Positions 42,854-53,488 of a DNA stretch of 64,000 nucleotides are shown here, piece by piece. The translations under genes and the position numbers were made by a program. Source of the stretch: Candidatus Marinacidobacterales bacterium (GTDB lineage Bacteria; Acidobacteriota; Vicinamibacteria; Marinacidobacterales; DATDRI01); assembly GCA_965219415.1 (NCBI GenBank), contig CBDCNP010000002.1:4736001-4800000 (forward strand), given 5' to 3'. Every line of letters begins with the position of its first letter. The stretch's first letter is position 1. Under the pieces are notes generated by a model. It ran no database searches, had not been told where the DNA came from, and was given only the letters and a program-made list of their open reading frames with translations.

Positions 42854-43771
42854 TCAACTTACCTCGAACTTAAATTGAACTCGATAGATGCCTACGCCCT
42901 GTGGTATGCCTCCACCAATCCACACCTCATAGCGCCCGGATCGGTTGAGTTTCTTCTTCGTGCGCACGGTCCCTCTGCCCATGTCGCCTTCTATTTTTTT
43001 CCCGTCGGGAGCCACGACCGTTGTGTGGAGCAACGCGAGTCCGAGCTGTTTCTCGACGTTAATGGTTAATTCACCTGACTGCTCGATCTCAAGTAGATAG
43101 ACATCGTTGAAGGCACCGGCTGTGCTCTTGTCAAGCGTAGCGGGCATGAGCACATCACCTGCGCCCAAGCGCCCCGTCGTCGAGAAGCCGTGGCTTTCGA
43201 TCATCTGGTGTTCGTCACTCTCACGATGGTTCGCGGAACTTTCCCTTCGGAGAAACTGCGCATATTCCGTCCACTCACGGGCGCTCTCGATGTATTGGTT
43301 CCTGTCTCTCCACTGTTTTATCGTCGCTTGGTAGTCCTGGATCGCAAGAGCGAACGCCAGCTTCACATCTACCCATTCGTCGCCGGTCGATTTGATGTAG
43401 CTCCTTACTGTAGGCATCGTTTCGACGAGCTTCTCGTTAAACTGCTCCCGTAAGAGACCGATCTCAAGTGAAGCTTGAAACTCCTCGATTGCGGCGAAGG
43501 CGGATTCGAATTCTGTTGCCCCACTGTCAACATCGTCACTGCCTTCTAGTTTGCCCGCGAAAGAAATGTACTTGACGTTGTCAGTGGGAATGCTGATTTT
43601 CTGCCCCGCGATCACAACGGAAACAGAGGCGTTGGTCGCCCCGCGGAACGTACCCTCGACCAGGTCTCCATCTTTCGTTGCGACAGAAACTCTTCGTTCT
43701 TGTGCTATGGCAATCCCTACCGTTGCGCCTAGGACGGCGACGAAACACATAAGTGTTTGACTACAGTGCAT
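42854..43771 (-). CDS. Hypothetical secreted protein
   Basis: N-terminal signal peptide; about 305 aa. Confidence 0.7.
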   Translation of the reverse strand: MHCSQTLMCFVAVLGATVGIAIAQERRVSVATKDGDLVEGTFRGATNASVSVVIAGQKISIPTDNVKYISFAGKLEGSDDVDSGATEFESAFAAIEEFQASLEIGLLREQFNEKLVETMPTVRSYIKSTGDEWVDVKLAFALAIQDYQATIKQWRDRNQYIESAREWTEYAQFLRRESSANHRESDEHQMIESHGFSTTGRLGAGDVLMPATLDKSTAGAFNDVYLLEIEQSGELTINVEKQLGLALLHTTVVAPDGKKIEGDMGRGTVRTKKKLNRSGRYEVWIGGGIPQGVGIYRVQFKFEVS

Positions 43772-43829
43772 TGTACTTTCCTCTCTCAGTGAGAGTGACA
43801 CAGGCCTAGTTGAGCTTCCAATGCTACCT

Positions 43830-45252
43830 CGTCCTGTGCCAAAACTCAGCCCTTTTGAAATAGGCCATAAATCAGCAGCTTAGTGTCTGTGTTTGCGACC
43901 GGGCCAAGGGCCGTGGGCTTTACAATCGTCTGTCCCGAGGGTGTTATCTTCAGCTCCATGATGACCTACCACGTGCAATTCCTACTGCTCGTTCTGGCTG
44001 GCTGGGTCAACCGCCAGCAGCAGGATGTGATCGACTACCTGCAAGAGGAGAACCGTGTGCTCCGAGCCGGGCTTCGGGGCAAGCGTCTCAGGCTCTCGGA
44101 CGACGACCGGCGCAGGCTCGCCGTCAAGGCCCAAGCTTTAGGCCGCGAGGCGCTGGCCCAGATTGCGTCGGTTGCCACACCCGCTACGCTCCTGCGCTGG
44201 TACCGCTGCCTCATCGCAGCCAAGTACGATGGCAGCAAGAACCGGAGCCCAGGCCGATCTCCGACGGCGAAGGACATCCGTGAGCTCATTGTGCGCGTGG
44301 CGCGGGAGAACCCGACGTGGGGATATACGTGCCTGCGGGGTGCACTCAAGAACCTCGGACATGAACTCGGACGCAACACCATCAAGAGGATCCTCGCCGA
44401 GCACGGTATCGCGCCGGCTCCGGAGCGGGGCAAGAGCATGTCGTGGAGCACTTTCCTCAAGGCTCATTGGGGCGCTATCGCTGCGACAGACCTGTTCACC
44501 GTCGAGGTGGTGAACCCGTTCGGGCTCGTCCGCTACCATCTCCTGTTTGTCATCGATATCGCCACTCGCTGCGTGTGCATCGGTGGGATGACCTCGGACC
44601 CAAACGGGGAGTGGATGAAGCAGGCGGCAAGAAACCTCACGGACATGTGGGATGGTTTCCTCCTTGGCAAGCGGTACCTTATCCACGACCGGGACCCGCT
44701 ATTCACCGAGGCGGTACGTGGGCTCTTGAGAGATTCAGGTGTGAAGCCCCTCCGCCTTCCAGCGAACAGTCCGAATCTGAACGCATACGCGGAAAGATTC
44801 GTTCTCTCCATACGTCGAGAGTGTCTCGACCGCTTCGTACCTCTCAGTGAGCGACACCTGCGCACAGCGGTAACCGAATACGTAGTGCACTATCACACAG
44901 AACGGAACCACCAAGGTCTCGGCAACGAGTTCCTCACACCTCTGCCGGCAAGCGTGAATAGCGCTGGCCCCATCGTGTCGCGAGAGCGACTTGGGGGCAT
45001 TCTCAACTACTACTGCCGTGCCGCGTAGATGGTCGCTGGCGACGGTAGCCCCTCGGTGGGCCCGCTCGGCGTAGCGTGAAAACAGCTTCAGGAACACGCT
45101 TGGATATTCGCTCTCGACTAGGTGGTCATCTGCATGGTGACGACCCGTCCAAAGGGTAGCTCTGCTCAATGGTTGTCGCGGGCCTCACCGCCCACGCCGC
45201 GTCAACTGTTCGTTTGTAACGTTGCAAGTGGATCAAATTTTGGCACAGGACG
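43830..45252 (+). mobile_element. Complete rve-integrase element, parent of the B ends
   Basis: 15-bp perfect TIR CGTCCTGTGCCAAAA. Confidence 0.8.
43958..45028 (+). CDS. rve/integrase-core transposase
   Basis: [27 protein letters not shown]. Confidence 0.9.
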   Translation: MMTYHVQFLLLVLAGWVNRQQQDVIDYLQEENRVLRAGLRGKRLRLSDDDRRRLAVKAQALGREALAQIASVATPATLLRWYRCLIAAKYDGSKNRSPGRSPTAKDIRELIVRVARENPTWGYTCLRGALKNLGHELGRNTIKRILAEHGIAPAPERGKSMSWSTFLKAHWGAIAATDLFTVEVVNPFGLVRYHLLFVIDIATRCVCIGGMTSDPNGEWMKQAARNLTDMWDGFLLGKRYLIHDRDPLFTEAVRGLLRDSGVKPLRLPANSPNLNAYAERFVLSIRRECLDRFVPLSERHLRTAVTEYVVHYHTERNHQGLGNEFLTPLPASVNSAGPIVSRERLGGILNYYCRAA

Positions 45253-45482
45253 ACGATGGAGCCTGACCAGAAGCCCGCTGCGCTGGACGGTTCCCCCGCT
45301 GATGCTCAGGGTGCCGACCATAATAATGATGAAGGTCACGCAACCGATGCACCGATGGGTGCTTCCGCAGTCAAGTGTTGGCGGCCGCCGCGTAACCTGT
45401 TCGCGTGCTAGAGTTTTAGCCTGATTTCGAGAGGCGCAGTTCTTTCGTCGATGCCGGCTGGGCCGAGTTTTGGCACAGGACG
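45253..45482. repeat. Chimeric repeat 'C' (5'-shortened)
   Basis: Matches 1444-1674. Confidence 0.8.
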
Positions 45483-46611
45483 CGGAACGGGCTTTCTGGG
45501 TTGCCCTTCGAGGTTCGTGGCCCGTGTGGGCGAGCCGCCTGCTCATCGTCCACGCGGACACCGTAGCCCGTTGGCATCGCGACCGATTCCGACGGTACTG
45601 GGCAAATATCTCGCAGCGCCGCCATCCCGGTCGGCCTCGGATTGATGCCGAGATTCGTCGCCTCGTCCGCACGATGGCGCAAGACGGCTGGGGGGCGCCA
45701 CGCATCCATGCTGAGCTCACCAAGCTCGGTTTCATCATCTCCGAGAGCACGGTGTCGCGATACCTGCCGCGGCGTCCCGCGGAGCCCGACCAGCTGAAAC
45801 GATGGATGGCTTTCTTGCGCAACCATAAAGACGATATCGCCGCCATGGATCTGTTCACCGTGCCCACCGCGTCGCTCCGGCTGCTGTACGGCTTCTTCGT
45901 CATCGAGCACGGTCGCCGGCACATCGTTCACTTCAACGCCACGTTCCACCCGACGTCTGCTTGGGTTATTCAGCAACTCCGCGAGGCGTTTCCCTACGAC
46001 ACCGCTCCGAGATATCTCATCTTCGATCGCGACTTCATCTTTAACGCTGCGGTCATCGAGTTCATCAAGGCAACGGGCACAAAACCCGTTCGCACTTCGT
46101 TTCGCAGCCCATGGCAAAACGGAACCGCGGAGCGGTGGGTCGGCAGCTGCCGTCGCGAGCTCCTTGAGCACGTCGTGGTTCTCGGTGCATGTCATCTCAT
46201 CCGGCTCGTGCGAGCTTACATCAGCTACTATCATGAGGACCGTTGCCACTTGGGGCTGAACAAGGACACACCGAGCTTGAGAACGGTCACGCACCGACCG
46301 TCTCCTACGGCGAAAGTCGTCGCACTGCCGCGAGTCGGTGGACTGCACCATCGATGCGAGTGGCGAGAGCCAGCCTGAGTCAGCTTGGTCGCTCGCGTTA
46401 CTCGGCTGGTCGCCGAGAAGTTCGTCCTCAGCACCTTCCCTCGCGCACGGCGAGCTGTTGCCGAAGAGCGACATTCTCGAGAGCCAGCTCGCGACGAGCC
46501 TTGAAGACGGAGATGAGAGCGGGAACCAACGACGAACTCATGCCGGCATGGTGCTGGCAGACAGGAGATTATTCAAGTTTGGTGCGCGCGGATAAATAAA
46601 TAGAAGGCACA
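45483..46611 (+). mobile_element. 5'-truncated IS481-like element with H right end
   Basis: Transposase lacks about 50 N-terminal residues. Confidence 0.85.
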
Positions 46612-46837
46612 CCATAAATCAGCAGCTTAGTGTCTGTGTTTCCGACTGGGCAGCGAGTTGCGATCTTCTTTATTGCGGACGACAGCCGGTCTGATCTCCA
46701 CCTTCGGCCAGCCCAGCGCGGATCGCCTATAATCCGGCCATGCGCTCGTTGCTGAAGATTGCCCTTGGCATTGCCGCACTAGTCGTGGCGTTCGGGGCCG
46801 GGTGGCTCGTCACGATCACCGGCACCGGTCAAGCCAT

Positions 46838-46986
46838 CCCGTCCTGTGCCAAAACTCGGCCCTTTAGAAATAGACCACAAATCAGCAGCTTAGGCGCCCT
46901 TGGAATCCGCGCAGAATCCAGGGTATTTCGCGCCGCAGGGCTGACTTCCGACCCATGGGCTGGCGGATGAATAAATAGAAGGCACA
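46838..46986 (+). repeat. 149-bp B+H mini-element, copy 1
   Basis: Direct repeat of 47984-48132. Confidence 0.85.
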
Positions 46987-47035
46987 GGGCAGGTCACCTG
47001 AGCAACGAGACGCTTTGTGCAGGAGGATAATCGCC

Positions 47036-47875
47036 ATGCAGTTCCCCGATTTTGGTTTCCGTAGTACGTCCCACGCTCGACTCACGCCAGATGATCGGCG
47101 TCACGTAGATGATGGACTCATCTCGACAGCTTGGAATGCCGGGACGCTACATGTCCAATATGTTGGACTTCAAGAGGTTTCTGAATCCGTAATCGAAACC
47201 ATTAGTAAGACGATGTGGCAGTTCGCCACTGAATGTCAACTCATGGTTGTCTTGTACGCTGGCGTGCTATTTAGTCGGGAGACAATACAATCGCAGCTTG
47301 GTGGGAACATCAACCGGGATACCCCTTTCGCTGTTTCCGATAAGGACAAAGATGGCAACATGCGGGCTGTCTGGGCATGGCTCCCACGGGGCAAAGTTTT
47401 TGATGCGTTCTCAGCAGGTGGAGAGTTTGAGAAAACATATGCTAAGGCATTTGTAGTCTTTACCTATCAACTGTGGGAAGAGTTTGCTAGGCCAAAGATC
47501 GCACAGGCATTGGGTACTACACATGACGATGTTCAATCCGATCTGATGGGTGAGTGGCGTCATCTGCGAAACTGGCTCGTACATCCAGATGAAAAGACCG
47601 AGAAAGCCTATTTCAAGAACGCCAAATTACTGGCGAAGATTCCAGGGAGCCTTCGGCCCGGAAAACATGAAGTCAAATCTGATATGGTGTTCCCTATGAT
47701 GGGCTGTCTGAATTCATTGCATGTAATTGTGAATCCAGACGGTCTGTCGCCCGCCTTCGAGATAACTGCGCTTGATCCAAAGCTGGAGGAACAGGCATCA
47801 GAACTATTGGAACCTGGTATGTCCCTACTACCCATCTGGCGAGGATTCAACCCGCCTGCCGATCAGCAGTCCTAA
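47036..47875 (+). CDS. Hypothetical protein (lower GC)
   Basis: AGGAGG RBS; 279-aa ORF. Confidence 0.75.
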   Translation: MQFPDFGFRSTSHARLTPDDRRHVDDGLISTAWNAGTLHVQYVGLQEVSESVIETISKTMWQFATECQLMVVLYAGVLFSRETIQSQLGGNINRDTPFAVSDKDKDGNMRAVWAWLPRGKVFDAFSAGGEFEKTYAKAFVVFTYQLWEEFARPKIAQALGTTHDDVQSDLMGEWRHLRNWLVHPDEKTEKAYFKNAKLLAKIPGSLRPGKHEVKSDMVFPMMGCLNSLHVIVNPDGLSPAFEITALDPKLEEQASELLEPGMSLLPIWRGFNPPADQQS

Positions 47876-47983
47876 CGAGGCTTCGCCTCAGACCGACGAG
47901 ACATGTAAGACTCTCCACTTTTTTGCGAGCGGCATTTTGGAGTTCGACCGAGGGCCCTCGTTTCGTTCGGAGCGCGTCGTGTC

Positions 47984-48132
47984 CCCGTCCTGTGCCAAAA
48001 CTCGGCCCTTTAGAAATAGACCACAAATCATCAGCATAGGCGCCCTTGGAATCCGCGCAGAATCCAGGGTATTTCGCGCCGCAGGGCTGATTTCCGACCC
48101 ATGGGCTAGCGGATGAATAAATAGAAGGCACA
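47984..48132 (+). repeat. 149-bp B+H mini-element, copy 2
   Basis: Direct repeat of 46838-46986. Confidence 0.85.
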
Positions 48133-48410
48133 GGGTGGGCCCATCGTCAAGATCTGGGGCTTTGCGCCGAGCCGAGCGATGACGCCGGCGGTTCCGAAGA
48201 AGGAATAGGTGGTGGTGACGACTTCGTCGCCCGGGCCGATGCCGAGAGCCATGAGACTCATGAGAAGCGCGTCGGTCCCGGACGAGGCACCCACGCCAGC
48301 CCTCACGCCGCAAAGGCCCGCGCCGCTTCGTTCGATCCGCTCGACCTCCTCACCCAGGATATAGCTTCCGGTATCGAAGCACCGCGCCAGGACTTCGTCC
48401 CGGATCGCCC
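48133..48410 (-). pseudogene. DegT/DnrJ/EryC1/StrS aminotransferase fragment
   Basis: YILGEEV...[25 protein letters not shown]. Confidence 0.8.
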
Positions 48411-48549
48411 GTGCCGGGCTCCGAGATCGACGAGAGGGTTCTTCGACGTCATGGGTTCGTTTCCGGCACCATGATATCCGTTTGAAAGACGCCGGGGCCT
48501 GGAATAACATACGCGCCAGCAACGCTAACCTGAGGACCCCGTCGTGTGC

Positions 48550-48715
48550 GGTGCTTGCGCTGTTTGCTGTTGGTGATGTGTACGTATCCCATTTCAAAAG
48601 AAGCGCTTACGCTCCATTTAGCGCGCAGCGAAGGCCGCAGGCGCTATTTGCGACGTAATTTAATGCACTGTAAAGTTTTAGCGTCATCTCACCAACACTT
48701 AATGGCGGAAGCACC
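48550..48715. mobile_element. MITE 'A'
   Basis: Near-identical to 803-968. Confidence 0.8.
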
Positions 48716-48892
48716 ACGCACGGATTTCCTCCGTTTTGCTGGATCCTTGTAAGGGCGCAATAATCTGTGATGCCGAGAGGCGTTAAGCAGATGACGTTCG
48801 TCGGCACACGCAATCCAACTGAAACCAGCATCAAACACCTCTAGCGGCGACCAACACTTAATGGCAGAAGCATCCGTTCCGACCATGGTCCT

Positions 48893-51412
48893 ATGAGGAG
48901 CAAGCTACCAAAGCTCGCGGCCCTCGTGGTGCTGGGCTTGCTTCCCTTCGTTTTCCACTGGAGGCTGTTCACGTTCGACGCCGACGAACGAAAGATTTTC
49001 CGCGGCGATTTTCTGAATCAGCACTATGTCTGGAAGAGTTATGCGCTCACCCGAGTGGCGAGCGGCGAGCTTCCACTCTGGAACCCGCATGTTCTAGGGG
49101 GCGTCGCGATTCACGCCAATCCTCAGGTCGGGATTTTTTACCCTCCTACTTATTTGCTTCTGCCGTTTCAAGTCGACGCTCAGGTGAACTACATCGCCCT
49201 GGAGGCTTACCAGCTTCTCCACCAGGTCTTCGCCGGTCTTGGGATGTGGCTTCTCATGCGCTCGTTCGGTGCTTCGAATCTCGGAGCGCTTTTTGCCGCG
49301 CTCGTTTTTATGTTCACGGGATTTTTCACCACGCCCGGACACCACGCGATCGTGCTCACGGCAAGCTGGATTCCGTGGACGCTGTACGCGGTAAAACGCG
49401 CGATGCTGGGTAAGGGGGCGGCACACCTCGGCGTTGTCACGCTCGGCCTCGCCGCTATGATCTTGGCTGGACACCCGCAAGTGGCGTACTATGGGATATT
49501 GCTGGCGCTGGCGTTCGCGGTGGCGATGGGAGGATTCAAGAGGACTTGCACACGCGTCGTACCCTCCGTGCTGTTGGCTCTTGGCTTGAGTGCCGTACAG
49601 CTTCTCCCGACGTACCAACTCGCCGAGGACTCCTCGCGTTCCAAACTCGGCTACGAGTACTCGACATCGTTCGCGTTCTCACCCTACTTGCTCTCATCAG
49701 CGTTTGTCCCCCGGGCACAAATCCGGCTACCGGGTCAAAACAGCGCCGCTCCTCTTCATCTATACGCCGGTATCGGTACGTTGCTACTCGCCGCTGTTGG
49801 TCTCATGCTCGCACCGGAGCGGTGGCGTTTGTTTTTTGCGGCGTCCGCTCTCGTGGCACTTCTGCTTTCGTTCGGTCGTGACTCGCCGCTATTCGATTTG
49901 TTTTACGCCGCAGTGCCTGGTTTCGAAAAGTTCCGCGTTCCCTATCGTCTTCTTGGCATCTACACGATGGGTGTGGCCGTGCTTGCCGGGCTTGGAGTGA
50001 ACGTGCTCGAAGATGCTGGTCGCAGGATCCGAACTCGCTTGCGAGGAATCGTCAAGGCGGCCTTCGTCGTATTGGCCCTGCTCGCCGCTTGGACTGCATA
50101 TCTTCACTCCAACGTCGTTCGTAACGGCATGCTCGAGCCAGAGCAAATGGAGCGACTGGTTGGTGGGGGCTACTGGGCAGTGCTTCTGGGCATGCTGAAC
50201 GTCATTCTGGTGGCTTACGTGGTTTGGCGACCGAAGGAGCGGTGGGTTGCTCCCGTTGTGCTCGCTATTGCTGTCATCGACTTGGGTGCCTTCGTCAAGG
50301 ATCGCGGCGAGCGGCCGTTTCAGACCCTGGCGCGCGCGAACGTGCGACCGGTTCAACTCATAACGCGCGCGCAAGGCTACCGCAGCCGCTACGTTTCTGA
50401 ATCGAACCTCGAGAACTACGCGACTCTTCACGGTGTCGACTTCGCCGGCGGCCACGAAGCACTCGTGGACGCCCGCTACTCCGAGCTCCTCGACCTGAGC
50501 GATTCGAGCGCGAACGCGTTAGCGCTTCTAAACGCCAAGTTCATCGCTCGCCGTGGGCCCACCACGAACTACCCTTGGTGCGGATCGCGCTTTGCTTCAC
50601 CACTTCCGCTGCTCGATATCCCTCCCCAAATCGCGCCAGTCTCGATTCGGCTGTTACCTCCGGTCACGGCGTCGAGCTTTCGCCTCGATTGGCAGGCGCT
50701 CGGCGACCCGACAAGTATCGTGATCGAACTGGGCGGAACCACCTACCGTCTCGGACCGGGAACTCCGCTCGACGTCCATTTCGAGAAGCCCGAGCTCATC
50801 GAAGAACTCACGGTCCGACTCGTTCGACCAAGCCACGGCGTCCGCATCGAATCCATCGAAATCGATCTTAATTCCATAGGGCTTAAAGCTGATTTTCTCG
50901 TTCTTGAGAAAATAAAAATCAACTTGCATACGTTGCCGCGTGCCTATTTCATGGTGCGGTCACCGGTGCCGAGTGAGCTTCAAACCCTCGAAAATTTGAA
51001 GTGTTGGAGCGTACATCAGGGAGTTCAAATTCAAGATCCAGAGACGGGCGAAGGGGTATCCGGTTTTTTTCGCAAAAATGCGGTACGGATCAACCGCTAT
51101 CAGCCGGAATGGATCGAACTCGAGACGAGCTCACCGCGCGATGGCTTCGTCGTGCTCGCGGACACGTTTCGCCCCGGTTGGATGGCCGAGGTAGACGGAG
51201 TGGAAACTCCAATTCTGAGAGCACAGTGGACGATGCGCGCGGTTTCGGTACCCGCGGGGGAGCACCGCGTGACATTTCGGTACCGACCAAGGTCTTTGCG
51301 CACAGGTGCCATCGCGAGTGCGGCCTCCTCGTTGATGGTGATCGGGTTGCTGGCCGCGGCGTGGCTCCCTGGCCGAAAGGCTAAGCTCGACGCTGTCCAT
51401 CATCATTATTAA
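48893..51412 (+). CDS. YfhO-family (GT-C-like) membrane protein
   Basis: PLWNPH..GG, LAGHPQ, VLADTFRPGW.AEVDG, GEHRVTFRYRP; last codons supplied by the adjacent IS end. Confidence 0.85.
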   Translation: MRSKLPKLAALVVLGLLPFVFHWRLFTFDADERKIFRGDFLNQHYVWKSYALTRVASGELPLWNPHVLGGVAIHANPQVGIFYPPTYLLLPFQVDAQVNYIALEAYQLLHQVFAGLGMWLLMRSFGASNLGALFAALVFMFTGFFTTPGHHAIVLTASWIPWTLYAVKRAMLGKGAAHLGVVTLGLAAMILAGHPQVAYYGILLALAFAVAMGGFKRTCTRVVPSVLLALGLSAVQLLPTYQLAEDSSRSKLGYEYSTSFAFSPYLLSSAFVPRAQIRLPGQNSAAPLHLYAGIGTLLLAAVGLMLAPERWRLFFAASALVALLLSFGRDSPLFDLFYAAVPGFEKFRVPYRLLGIYTMGVAVLAGLGVNVLEDAGRRIRTRLRGIVKAAFVVLALLAAWTAYLHSNVVRNGMLEPEQMERLVGGGYWAVLLGMLNVILVAYVVWRPKERWVAPVVLAIAVIDLGAFVKDRGERPFQTLARANVRPVQLITRAQGYRSRYVSESNLENYATLHGVDFAGGHEALVDARYSELLDLSDSSANALALLNAKFIARRGPTTNYPWCGSRFASPLPLLDIPPQIAPVSIRLLPPVTASSFRLDWQALGDPTSIVIELGGTTYRLGPGTPLDVHFEKPELIEELTVRLVRPSHGVRIESIEIDLNSIGLKADFLVLEKIKINLHTLPRAYFMVRSPVPSELQTLENLKCWSVHQGVQIQDPETGEGVSGFFRKNAVRINRYQPEWIELETSSPRDGFVVLADTFRPGWMAEVDGVETPILRAQWTMRAVSVPAGEHRVTFRYRPRSLRTGAIASAASSLMVIGLLAAAWLPGRKAKLDAVHHHY

Positions 51413-52679
51413 TCTGGGACTGGACTCTAGGGCCCGGACCGCCCTCGAGCACATGCTGGAGAGCGTGGTCAGCGCGCGAGGGAAGGTGCTGAGGACGAAC
51501 TTCTCGGCGACCAGCCGAGTAACGCGAGCGACCAAGCTGACTCAGGCTGCCTCTCGCCACTCGTATCGATGGTGCAGTCCATCGACTCGCGGCAGTGCGA
51601 CTACTTTCGCCGTAGGAGACGGTCGGTGCGTGACCGTTCTCAAGCTCGGTGTGTCCTTGTTCAGCCCCAAGTGGCAACGGTCCTCATGATAGTAGCTGAT
51701 GTAAGTTCGCACGAGCCGGATGAGATGACATGCACCGAGAACCACGACGTGCTCAAGGAGCTCGCGACGGCAGCTGCCGACCCACCGCTCCGCGGTTCCG
51801 TTTTGCCATGGGCTGCGAAACGAAGTGCGAACGGGTTTTGTGCCCGTTGCCTTGATGAACTCGATGACCGCAGCGTTAAAGATGAAGTCGCGATCGAAGA
51901 TGAGATATCTCGGAGCGGTGTCGTAGGGAAACGCCTCGCGTAGTTGCTGAATAACCCAAGCAGACGTCGGGTGGAACGTGGCGTTGAAGTGAACGATGTG
52001 CCGGCGACCGTGCTCGATGACGAAGAAGCCGTACAGCAGCCGGAGCGACGCGGTGGGCACGGTGAACAGATCCATGGCGGCGATATCGTCTTTATGGTTG
52101 CGCAAGAAAGCCATCCATCGTTTCAGCTGGTCGGGCTCCGCGGGACGCCGTGGCAGGTATCGCGACACCGTGATCTCGGAGATGATGAAACCGAGCTTGG
52201 TGAGCTCAGCATGGATGCGTGGCGCCCCCCAGCCGTCTTGCGCCATCGTGCGGACGAGGCGACGAATCTCGGCATCAATCCGAGGCCGACCGGGATGGCG
52301 GCGCTGCGAGATCTTTGCCCAGTACCGTCGGAATCGGTCGCGATGCCAACGGGCTACGGTGTCCGCGTGGACGATGAGCAGGCGGCTCGCCCACACGGGC
52401 CACGAACCTCGAAGGGCAACCCAGAAAACCCGTTCCGTGTCGTCGAGCGGTGGGCGTGGGCGCTCTTTCTTCAGCGCCGTCACTTGCTGCCGCAAAGTGA
52501 CGTTCTCCAACACCAGGTCGGCGCGGCGCCGACACATCGCCCGAATGGCACGGACGCCAAGTGAGACGAAGAAGACAACAACGTTGAGCATAGCGGCGGA
52601 GTTTCGCCGTCTTCGGCCCGGAATTCAAGCGGAGCGTAAGTCCTTGATTTCGTGGGCGGAGCAGTTTTGACGATGCACA
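51394..52679 (-). mobile_element. Complete IS481-like element
   Basis: Imperfect IR TGTGCATCGTCA / TGTCCATCATCA. Confidence 0.85.
51542..52591 (-). CDS. rve/integrase-core transposase
   Basis: Near-identical to 31208-32257. Confidence 0.9.
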   Translation of the reverse strand: MLNVVVFFVSLGVRAIRAMCRRRADLVLENVTLRQQVTALKKERPRPPLDDTERVFWVALRGSWPVWASRLLIVHADTVARWHRDRFRRYWAKISQRRHPGRPRIDAEIRRLVRTMAQDGWGAPRIHAELTKLGFIISEITVSRYLPRRPAEPDQLKRWMAFLRNHKDDIAAMDLFTVPTASLRLLYGFFVIEHGRRHIVHFNATFHPTSAWVIQQLREAFPYDTAPRYLIFDRDFIFNAAVIEFIKATGTKPVRTSFRSPWQNGTAERWVGSCRRELLEHVVVLGACHLIRLVRTYISYYHEDRCHLGLNKDTPSLRTVTHRPSPTAKVVALPRVDGLHHRYEWREAA

Positions 52680-52819
52680 AGCCGACCATGGCGAGTCTAA
52701 AACGCGCAATCAACGCTGGATCGACTTTTTGCGGAGCACACCACTGACATTAGCATTCAAATGCCTCTAGCGGCGTAGCAGCCTTTGATGGCAGAAGCAC
52801 CACCTGCTAGCATCCGCCC

Positions 52820-53192
52820 ATGATCGCAAACCATATCAAGGCGCTCTTGTTTGTCACGATTTTGGTGGCCGCGTTTTGGGAGTTCTTGGCACTAAGCTCC
52901 CAAACGCCTCCGTCGTTCGATGTTGTCATCGCAGGAGGACGCATCGTTGACGGTACCGGTGCTCCCTGGTTCCTCGGAGACGTTGGGATTACCGATGGTC
53001 GTATCGTCGCTATGGGACGCCTTGATGAAGCAAACGCTGCCGAGCGCATCAACGCGCGGGGACTCGTCGTGGCGCCCGGCTTCATTGACATGTTGGGTCA
53101 GTCGGAATTCAACATTCTCGTGGATGGTCGGGCCGCGAGCAAGATTATGCAGGGCATCACAACCGAAATTACGGGAGAGGGGGCTTCCATCG
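52820..53192 (+). pseudogene. N-acyl-D-amino-acid deacylase N-terminal fragment
   Basis: GGRIVDGTG...VVAPGFIDM...QGITTEITGEG; cut by MITE A. Confidence 0.85.
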
Positions 53193-53488
53193 CAAGTGTT
53201 GGTGAGATGGCGCTAAGACTTTACGCTGCATTAAATTACAGCCCAAATAGCGCTCACGACCTTCGCCGCGCGCTAAATGGAGCGTAAGCGCTTTTTTTGC
53301 AAAGGGATACATACACATCACCAACAGCAAACAGCGCAAGCACCGTTTGAGCCTGATTTCCGGAGACGCAGCTCTTTCGGCGATGCGGGCTGGGCTGACC
53401 ACACGGTGCCTGACGTTCAGGGGCACCTTCGTGTGCACGCCGACACAGGCAGGCCAGCTGACATTAGCATTCAAACACGGCGTAGCAA
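53193..53488. repeat. MITE 'A' (53193-53344) fused to partial MITE 'E'
   Basis: Reverse complements of 21653-21800 and 35665-35805. Confidence 0.8.

Noticed and set aside
47868-47900. Integron attC site (GTCCTAAC at the stop codon)
   Set aside because: No matching GTTRRRY arm seen, no IntI, and the separating repeats are explained as IS ends
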